In this document: piece by piece, positions 1 through 4,300 of the stretch | How positions within the stretch are numbered: position 1 is the stretch's first letter | How the letters are laid out: every line of letters begins with the position of its first letter | IMG/VR virus record: IMGVR_UViG_2703718815_000007 | Length of the DNA: 4,992 nt | From: a virus | Taxonomy: Duplodnaviria; Heunggongvirae; Uroviricota; Caudoviricetes | Reading direction: 5' to 3' (one strand) | Translations under genes and position numbers: made by a program | The notes under the pieces: model-generated | The model's input: the letters and a program-made list of their open reading frames with translations, nothing else | Told to the model about the DNA's origin: nothing | Databases searched by the model: none

Positions 1-94
1 AATAGCGGATTTTTATAAATTAGTGTTTTTTGCTGTTTCATAATGTGCCACGTTGTTCATTATGTTTTTGATTTTTAAGTTCATTGCAATTTTT

Positions 95-114
95 CTTGTT
101 CCAGCTTGTTCCAC
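95..114. repeat. 10-bp tandem direct repeat CTTGTTCCAG / CTTGTTCCAC (9/10 identical)
   Basis: Read directly from sequence; contains TTGTTCCA, the reverse complement of TGGAACAA found twice downstream of int. Confidence 0.7.
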
Positions 115-138
115 GTTGTACCCCCTTGTGCAATGATC

Positions 139-162
139 GGTGTAGTTAATGGTGTAGTTAAT
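139..162. repeat. perfect 12-bp tandem direct repeat GGTGTAGTTAAT x2 abutting the int start codon
   Basis: 139-150 and 151-162 are identical. Position suggests an operator or arm-type site, but function is not shown. Confidence 0.75.
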
Positions 163-163
163 T

Positions 164-1414
164 GTGATGACCGGATTCAAAATTATGAGCAGAGCACTTA
201 ACAAACTGAGCGATACACAGCTAAGAAAAATCAACGGCACACCAGCCCCAAAAACCACATTTCTTAATGACGGTGGAAACCTGAGCGTCAGGCATTCCAC
301 CAGCGGCCTGTTAACCTGGTATTTCACCTACAGGGCAGGAGCTGGACGCCAGGTATCACCGGAACGCCTGAAGCTGGGAAATTATCCTGATCTGAGCCTG
401 AAAGCAGCCAGGGAAAAAGCGGCACAGTGTCGCGCATGGCTGGCAGAAGGAAAAAATCCACGCCATGAGCTTAATTACTCCATACAGGAAGCACTAAAGC
501 CGGTAACGGTGGGCGATGCGATCAGCTACTGGCTGGAAATGCACGTAAAGGAAAACCGTGTCGATTACGTATGCCTGAAAAGCCGCCTTAATAATCACGT
601 CATACAGCATATTGGCAATATGCCACTGGATAAATGCGAGTTACGTCACTGGCTGGCCTGTTTTGACCGGATACGCAAAAAATCCCCCGTAACATCTGGC
701 CACATGATGCAGGCGTGTAAACAGGCGCTTAAGTTCTGCCGTAAACGTCGCTACGCAGTCAGTAACGTTCTGGATGATCTCAACGTGGTGGACGTTGGCA
801 AAAAGCCGGGCATAAGCGAACGCGTGCTAAGTAACAAAGAACTGGGCGAATTATTACAGGCACTGGATAAAAAAATATTCCCGCCCTACTACAGCGCGCT
901 AATCCGCCTCCTGATTGTGTTCGGCTGCCGAACCGGAGAACTGAGATTGTCGGAGATCAGGGAGTGGGATTTTAAGGAAATGCTCTGGACAGTACCGAAG
1001 GAGCACAGCAAAACGAAGGTCGCCATATTCAGGCCAATACCGGAAAGTATTTTACCGTTCGTCACACAGCTGGTGGAGCAGAACCGACACACAGGGCTAT
1101 TACTCGGGGAACTGAAACAGGAAGCCAGCGTGTCGCAATACGGCAGATTCACACACAAAAAATTAAACCATCCTCACTGGTCACTACACGATATACGGCG
1201 CACGTTTACCACGATGCTGAACGATTTAGGCGTGGATCCACATATTGTCGAGCAACTTACCGCCCACCAGATGCCAGGGATGCAGCGAGTCTATAACCAC
1301 TCCCGTTATCTCGATGCGAAACGTAATGCGCTGGACATGTGGACAGAGCGGTTAGAGATACTGGCGGGTACTCACGAAAACGTAACCACACTGCCAATAG
1401 CCAGAGAAATATAA
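164..1414 (+). CDS. int: tyrosine site-specific integrase, P4-type (N-terminal arm-binding domain plus catalytic domain)
   Basis: 416-aa ORF. N-terminus LSDTQLRK...DGGNLSV...GNYPDLSLKAAREKA matches the P4-family arm-binding pattern (LTDxxIRK...DGGGLYL...G.YP.VSLAEAR). Catalytic motifs present: GCRTGELRLSEI (TGxRxxE box), HDIRRT (HxxR), RVYNHSRYLDAKRNALDMW (YN..Y nucleophile region). No strong SD before any start; in-frame ATGs at 164, 167 and 185. ATG 185 (MSRALNKLSDTQ) gives the more typical spacing before the LSD motif, so the true start may be 185. Confidence 0.92.
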   Translation: MMTGFKIMSRALNKLSDTQLRKINGTPAPKTTFLNDGGNLSVRHSTSGLLTWYFTYRAGAGRQVSPERLKLGNYPDLSLKAAREKAAQCRAWLAEGKNPRHELNYSIQEALKPVTVGDAISYWLEMHVKENRVDYVCLKSRLNNHVIQHIGNMPLDKCELRHWLACFDRIRKKSPVTSGHMMQACKQALKFCRKRRYAVSNVLDDLNVVDVGKKPGISERVLSNKELGELLQALDKKIFPPYYSALIRLLIVFGCRTGELRLSEIREWDFKEMLWTVPKEHSKTKVAIFRPIPESILPFVTQLVEQNRHTGLLLGELKQEASVSQYGRFTHKKLNHPHWSLHDIRRTFTTMLNDLGVDPHIVEQLTAHQMPGMQRVYNHSRYLDAKRNALDMWTERLEILAGTHENVTTLPIAREI

Positions 1415-1437
1415 TTTTTTTCGTGATTTTTCAGAAC

Positions 1438-1544
1438 GGACACAACGTGGAACAACGAGACACAACGACGAACAACGGCAAACAATCTGGAACAAATCTG
1501 ATTATCTATGATTATTTCTGATTAACTCCCTATAAGTCTGATTT
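1438..1544. repeat. helically phased short-repeat array (10/20-bp periodicity) just downstream of int
   Basis: Two 20-bp units, 1438-1457 GGACACAACGTGGAACAACG and 1458-1477 AGACACAACGACGAACAACG (17/20). TGGAACAA at 1448-1455 and 1488-1495. TCTGATT at 1497, 1517, 1537 (exact 20-bp spacing) plus TATGATTA at 1507. Candidate protein-binding array; function is inference. Confidence 0.6.
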
Positions 1545-1600
1545 TCTGGTGGTTTACTGTTTTTTTGTACATTGGCGAATCAATCTTAAAAATATGTAAA

Positions 1601-1630
1601 AAAGGCGTAAATGCAGAATTTTACGCCTTT
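1601..1630. terminator. intergenic hairpin, bidirectional terminator-like (better U-tract on the minus strand)
   Basis: 11-bp stem AAAGGCGTAAA (1601-1611) with TTTACGCCTTT (1620-1630), 8-nt loop. Plus strand followed by TTTGTATCC (weak U-tract); minus strand followed by TTTTTTACATATTTTT (strong U-tract). Confidence 0.5.
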
Positions 1631-1699
1631 GTATCCAAATGAATCAAAATAGTTTTTTTCTAATTGCGCCTATTTCAGCGACGAACACCACATCACTGT

Positions 1700-1790
1700 T
1701 TGCCATTCCATAAACACCCTGACACAATCCGACACAACCCAACCCAATAACCCACCCAATGACTCTTTAAGAAACAACAAAGGGGGAATT
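1700..1790 (+). promoter_or_regulatory. alpA upstream region: CA-rich tract with GACACAA direct repeats, possible weak promoter, strong SD
   Basis: GACACAATCC/GACACAACCC at 1721-1740 (10-bp spacing), CCCAAT x2 at 1743-1748 and 1755-1760. Possible TTGCCA (1700-1705)-17-CACAAT (1723-1728), which is weak. SD AAGGGGG at 1780-1786, 4 nt before GTG 1791. Confidence 0.3.
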
Positions 1791-1979
1791 GTGTTAAGCA
1801 CAGATCGCTTTATACGTGAAAAAGAATGTCAGCAACTTACAGGCCTGAGCCGTTCATGTCGGTACCGCCTGGAAAAAACCGGACAATTCCCATCACGGCG
1901 TAAGCTCGGCGGTCGTTCCGTTGGCTGGTCTTTATCCGAAGTTCTGGCATGGAAGGAAAGCTGCGAGGCAGTTCACTAA
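1791..1979 (+). CDS. alpA: AlpA/Vis-family small HTH regulator (prophage transcriptional regulator / excisionase-like)
   Basis: 62-aa ORF with GTG start and strong SD. Sequence ...CQQLTGLSRSCRYRLEKTGQFPSRRKLGGRSVGWSLSEVLAWKES fits the AlpA-family pattern (HTH followed by ...G.RSVGW...EV..W). Placement immediately after a P4-type int is typical. Family call is by recollection, not search. Confidence 0.8.
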   Translation: MLSTDRFIREKECQQLTGLSRSCRYRLEKTGQFPSRRKLGGRSVGWSLSEVLAWKESCEAVH

Positions 1980-1984
1980 TCAGG

Positions 1985-2005
1985 CTGGCGGCACACAGCC
2001 GCCAC
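1985..2005 (+). other. GC-rich stem-loop immediately after the alpA stop, without a U-tract
   Basis: 7-bp stem TGGCGGC (1986-1992) with GCCGCCA (1998-2004), loop ACACA. No T-run on either side, so not a canonical intrinsic terminator. Confidence 0.4.
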
Positions 2006-2031
2006 CCATCCACTAATACAGAGATCTAACC

Positions 2032-3312
2032 ATGAATACTGGATATTCTCCCGAACAAGGGCGGGGCTTCGTTCGTCCTGAAAAACAGAATCTGCAAAAT
2101 TTTGCCGAAATTATTCCGGTTATTTCCGGCCTTACTGGCGGGAGTGAAACCAATATTGTTAACGCCAGAGCGTTGCAGATGTTTGATGATAAAAAGGGAG
2201 TAAATTTAACTTACACCCCTGACGGCAATCAGAATATGAGCATTATCTCTGAGTCAGGTTTCTACAAACTAATAAAAACAAAAAGCGCCCCGTTGCCGGA
2301 GCGCCTTTGTGAACAATTAACCTACTGCGCAAAAAATGAATCTGAGCAGTGGGATTATATCAACCGTGTGGTGAAGCGCCACTATTGCCGGATAACAGGC
2401 AAAACAAAGGCGACCGCAAAAGGGTCGCCAGTGGGAACAAGGGAAAACAAAAGCATCACCAACAATGCCACATTTGCGGCTGGTGGGCAATGTGATCAGT
2501 CAGATTTGGTTCGTTCCAAGGTTTGCAACGAGAGTTTTTTCCTGCGCTCTTTAAGGAATTTCTCAAGAGCAAACGAACAAGGTGCGAATCTTTCTGATTC
2601 ATGCTCTATCTTTCTGCGCCGTCTTTTCCGTGTCGGTGATAATGTTTTGGTCAATTCTTTATCGGTCATTGTGTTGTCCTGCATAGCAATGCGCCGTAAT
2701 ACCTTACACCACGGCGCTGGTGATGGTTATTCCTGCTCTTTGGCCTTGCGACGCTGGCGGTATTCAACTTCTCGCTTTAATGCTGCTGTTACAAACTGCC
2801 CTGTACTTTCACCAGGCATTTTTACCGCCTCAACATTGTTCATAACTTCATGCGGAACCCTTGCCGCAACTGTTTGTGATTTTGCGTTTACTGCTTTTGT
2901 TGCCATGTTGTGTACCCCTTACAAAAAACAAATGCAGTATGCAGGAAAAAAAATAAGTGTTCAACACTTGACGTGTTTAACACCAGGGCTTAAATTGGTG
3001 TTCAACACCTTACTGATGCAAGGTGCAGAAACGACGAAACCCGGCAGTGCGCTAACACTAACCGGGCTTCTAACCACCAACGATAGAAAGCGTATCGAGG
3101 TAGCTATGAGAAATTATACCAGACACCCGCAAGGGCGGGACTCGTACAACCTGAATAAATACATCTGGCGTTTTATCGCCCTGAGCACGGCACAACCGCG
3201 CGTGATTACCATTGAGGCCACCAGCGAACAGGAAGCGCGTCAGCAATCTCCTGATGGCTGCGTGATGGTATTCGCTGCCCGTATTCGTCAGGGGGTACGC
3301 CATGTGCAATAA
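2032..3312 (+). CDS. uncertain 426-codon open frame, probably not a single gene; the first ~130 codons look protein-like, the middle looks like antisense read-through, the last 68 codons are the separate Icd/Kil-like ORF
   Basis: Seen: no stop in this frame from 2032 to 3312. Codons ~135-290 are Cys/Ser/Leu/Arg/Phe-rich, and this frame is wobble-aligned antisense to two minus-strand ORFs with their own RBS, promoter and terminators. The segment MSIISESGFYKLIKTKSAP resembles the Bro-N/antirepressor ISE.GLY.LI..S motif, but that is a weak by-eye resemblance. Two minus-oriented terminator hairpins lie inside it. Confidence 0.25.
   Translation: MNTGYSPEQGRGFVRPEKQNLQNFAEIIPVISGLTGGSETNIVNARALQMFDDKKGVNLTYTPDGNQNMSIISESGFYKLIKTKSAPLPERLCEQLTYCAKNESEQWDYINRVVKRHYCRITGKTKATAKGSPVGTRENKSITNNATFAAGGQCDQSDLVRSKVCNESFFLRSLRNFSRANEQGANLSDSCSIFLRRLFRVGDNVLVNSLSVIVLSCIAMRRNTLHHGAGDGYSCSLALRRWRYSTSRFNAAVTNCPVLSPGIFTASTLFITSCGTLAATVCDFAFTAFVAMLCTPYKKQMQYAGKKISVQHLTCLTPGLKLVFNTLLMQGAETTKPGSALTLTGLLTTNDRKRIEVAMRNYTRHPQGRDSYNLNKYIWRFIALSTAQPRVITIEATSEQEARQQSPDGCVMVFAARIRQGVRHVQ
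2271..2304 (-). terminator. candidate intrinsic terminator for leftward transcription (distal of two)
   Basis: GC-rich imperfect stem 2285-2292 with 2297-2304 (7 of 8 pairs), loop TTGC. On the minus strand it is followed by TTTTTGTTTTTATT (complement of 2271-2284). On the plus strand it is followed only by CTTTGTG. Confidence 0.4.
2401..2429 (-). terminator. candidate intrinsic terminator for the leftward RHH cassette (proximal)
   Basis: Perfect 7-bp stem GGCGACC (2409-2415) with GGTCGCC (2423-2429), 7-nt loop. On the minus strand it is followed by TTTGTTTT (complement of 2401-2408). It lies 66 nt beyond the stop of the 62-aa minus ORF. Confidence 0.55.
2496..2684 (-). CDS. small highly basic protein of unknown function, second gene of the leftward cassette
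   Basis: 62-aa ORF MQDNTMTDKELTKTLSPTRKRRRRKIEHESERFAPCSFALEKFLKERRKKLSLQTLERTKSD. The internal ATG at 2669 has AGGA 7 nt upstream, so the product is probably 57 aa. Protein-like K/E/R-rich composition, same strand as and just downstream of the RHH gene, followed by a terminator. No family recognised. Confidence 0.4.
   Translation of the reverse strand: MQDNTMTDKELTKTLSPTRKRRRRKIEHESERFAPCSFALEKFLKERRKKLSLQTLERTKSD
2727..2906 (-). CDS. Arc/MetJ-like ribbon-helix-helix DNA-binding protein, candidate repressor of the switch region
   Basis: 59-aa ORF, hand-translated (below the track's length cutoff): MATKAVNAKSQTVAARVPHEVMNNVEAVKMPGESTGQFVTAALKREVEYRQRRKAKEQE. Fits RHH layout: beta-strand (VAARVPHEV), helix A, G-x-S/T turn (PGESTG), helix B (QFVTAALKREVE), basic tail. 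SD AAGGGG 8 nt upstream of the ATG. Fold assignment is by eye. Confidence 0.6.
   Translation of the reverse strand: MATKAVNAKSQTVAARVPHEVMNNVEAVKMPGESTGQFVTAALKREVEYRQRRKAKEQE
2936..2964 (-). promoter_or_regulatory. candidate sigma70 promoter for the leftward RHH cassette
   Basis: On the minus strand: TTGAAC (complement of 2959-2964, inside operator site 1), 17-bp spacer, CATACT (complement of 2936-2941). This gives a leader of about 23 nt carrying the AAGGGG SD. Confidence 0.35.
2955..3009. promoter_or_regulatory. operator array: three palindromes sharing the core GTGTT-N-AACAC
   Basis: Site 1 at 2955-2969 AAGTGTT-C-AACACTT (7-bp arms); site 2 at 2973-2983 GTGTT-T-AACAC; site 3 at 2997-3009 GGTGTT-C-AACACC (6-bp arms). 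The sites overlap both candidate promoters. Confidence 0.65.
2968..2996 (+). promoter_or_regulatory. candidate sigma70 promoter for the rightward icd-like/replication operon
   Basis: TTGACG (2968-2973), 17-bp spacer, TAAATT (2991-2996). Operator site 2 sits in the spacer and site 3 at the predicted start. The 5' UTR would be about 100 nt to ATG 3106. Confidence 0.4.
3106..3312 (+). CDS. small protein, first gene of the rightward operon; possibly Icd/Kil-like (positional analogue of P4 kil)
   Basis: 68 aa: MRNYTRHPQGRDSYNLNKYIWRFIALSTAQPRVITIEATSEQEARQQSPDGCVMVFAARIRQGVRHVQ. SD GAGG 5 nt upstream. The in-frame ATG at 3016 has no SD and lies about 13 nt from the predicted start, so it is disfavoured. 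The Icd-like label is from memory of annotations in P4-like prophages and is low-certainty. Confidence 0.5.
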   Translation: MRNYTRHPQGRDSYNLNKYIWRFIALSTAQPRVITIEATSEQEARQQSPDGCVMVFAARIRQGVRHVQ

Positions 3313-3769
3313 CACCCGTCCGGACGCAGCCGCCGAAGCCATCAAAACGCTGATGCACGCGCTGATTGATATTTCTGTTATCGCAGACAAGGCGCATAAG
3401 CACGCCACCAGCGAAACAGAATATGCCGGGGCTTTCGTTCCTCACTCACTGGCTGTTATGCAATTTAGTGCTGATATGGCACTGAATGAGGCCAGGGCTA
3501 TCCTGATTGCTGATTGTGAAAATGGGGGGGGGGTTATGCGTGATGATCGTTTTAATGCCCTGAAACAGGAATTTTATGGCGCACCGGATGATACAGGCGA
3601 TGCGTTGCTGGTTGTTAATGACCTGATAAAGGCCGCATGTTTTTTAATTGGAACCGCTGAACATTCAGGAACCGGCAACGATATTCTTATTATTGCGTCG
3701 GATTATGCTGAATATGTGGCAGAGGCGCGTTACAGAAGAAAATTCCCGGAGAATGTAAGCCATGTGTGA
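3302..3769 (+). CDS. hypothetical protein (155 aa), translationally coupled to the upstream ORF; contains an in-frame G10 tract
   Basis: ATG 3302 overlaps the upstream stop (3310-3312). Strong SD AGGGGG at 3290-3295, 6 nt upstream. Protein-like composition. No family recognised. Confidence 0.65.
   Translation: MCNNTRPDAAAEAIKTLMHALIDISVIADKAHKHATSETEYAGAFVPHSLAVMQFSADMALNEARAILIADCENGGGVMRDDRFNALKQEFYGAPDDTGDALLVVNDLIKAACFLIGTAEHSGTGNDILIIASDYAEYVAEARYRRKFPENVSHV
3524..3533 (+). repeat. homopolymeric G10 tract inside the 155-aa ORF (encodes GGG)
   Basis: Ten consecutive G read directly. G9 or G11 would give a stop within about 10 codons. Confidence 0.9.
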
Positions 3770-3995
3770 TATTTACAATGACACAGTAGACCGTGCATAC
3801 CGTGCTCTTGCTTACAGTGAAAACATGCTTGAAATATTGTGCTTATGGCTTGAAACGCTTGGCGATAATGAAAGAGATAAACGCAACAGCAATATTGCGA
3901 CGGCGTTAATAACGCTTCTTGAGCCGGTAATAATGGAACTACAAGAAATAGACCTTTTGCACGACAGATATAAAGAACAACACACCGGGAAATAA
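3762..3995 (+). CDS. hypothetical protein (77 aa)
   Basis: ATG 3762 overlaps the upstream stop (3767-3769). GGAGA is 9 nt upstream. Acidic, helix-prone sequence. No family recognised. Confidence 0.55.
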   Translation: MCDIYNDTVDRAYRALAYSENMLEILCLWLETLGDNERDKRNSNIATALITLLEPVIMELQEIDLLHDRYKEQHTGK

Positions 3996-4000
3996 AAACC

Positions 4001-4300
4001 ATGAAACAGAAAATTTCTGGCTTTACTGCCAGCGGCCCCGCTCGGCCTGAAATCCGCCCCGGCGATATTTTCCGGGATAACTACGGCGGCACGGTAACGA
4101 TTAAAAGCGTGGCGGGACGGTGCGTTACTTACCGCCGTGATGGGTACGGCTATGACTGTGTGATGCCTGTTTATCAGTTCCGGCGTGATTTTTCACTGAT
4201 ACAGGCCACACCACGCAAACAGCCCACCAGCAACGCAAAGGCACGGGCAAATATTCAGAAAATGAAAAGCATGATTAACGCATTCAGGGGCAAAAAATGA
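4001..4300 (+). CDS. hypothetical protein (99 aa) with a basic C-terminal tail
   Basis: Starts 5 nt after the upstream stop; its stop overlaps the next start (ATGA at 4297-4300). Core GDIFRDNYGGTVTIKSVAGRCVTYRRDGYGYDCVMPVYQF looks like a small beta-rich domain, followed by a K/R-rich tail. No family recognised. Confidence 0.6.
   Translation: MKQKISGFTASGPARPEIRPGDIFRDNYGGTVTIKSVAGRCVTYRRDGYGYDCVMPVYQFRRDFSLIQATPRKQPTSNAKARANIQKMKSMINAFRGKK

Larger units (their letters stand above)
1..163 (+). promoter_or_regulatory. int upstream control region, AT-rich, with clustered short repeats (candidate Pint and Int/Vis binding sites)
   Basis: Seen: CCACGTTGTTC at 48-58; CTTGTTCCAG/CTTGTTCCAC tandem at 95-114; GGTGTAGTTAAT x2 at 139-162, ending 1 bp before the int start. 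No convincing -35/-10 pair could be assigned by eye. Established: P4 Pint is autoregulated by Int and Vis. Function here is inference. Confidence 0.4.

Noticed and set aside
13-327. 104-aa minus-strand ORF overlapping the int start and upstream region
   Set aside because: Antisense to the well-supported integrase gene and its AT-rich upstream region; hydrophobic low-complexity translation; no SD. Judged a shadow ORF.
889-1158. 89-aa minus-strand ORF inside int
   Set aside because: Entirely antisense to the integrase catalytic domain; Cys/Ser-rich composition typical of shadow ORFs.
1339-1521. 60-aa plus-strand ORF overlapping the int 3' end and the repeat array
   Set aside because: Out of frame with int and runs through the phased repeats; its N/T/Q-rich translation simply reflects the ACAACG repeats.
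1438-1544. Possible CRISPR array
   Set aside because: Repeat units are only 8-20 bp, degenerate and contiguous, with no unique spacers between them; not CRISPR-like.
1985-2005. Stem-loop after alpA as an intrinsic terminator
   Set aside because: GC-rich 7-bp stem but no U-tract on either strand; kept only as an RNA structure of unknown role.
2032-2430. Confident Bro-N/antirepressor domain call for the N-terminal part of the long ORF
   Set aside because: Resemblance rests on one short motif (ISESGFYKLI) that overlaps an A-run/hairpin region; too weak to assert without a profile search.
3016-3105. Upstream in-frame ATG (3016) as the start of the icd-like gene
   Set aside because: No SD, and it lies only about 13 nt from the predicted transcription start; ATG 3106 has GAGG at the right spacing. 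It cannot be excluded without homologues.
3070-3445. Two minus-strand ORFs (3070..3408 and 3206..3445)
   Set aside because: Antisense to the icd-like and 155-aa ORFs, which have strong SDs and coupled starts; no signals of their own.
3730-4002. 90-aa minus-strand ORF
   Set aside because: Antisense to the 77-aa ORF in the coupled operon; Cys-rich and hydrophobic; judged a shadow ORF.
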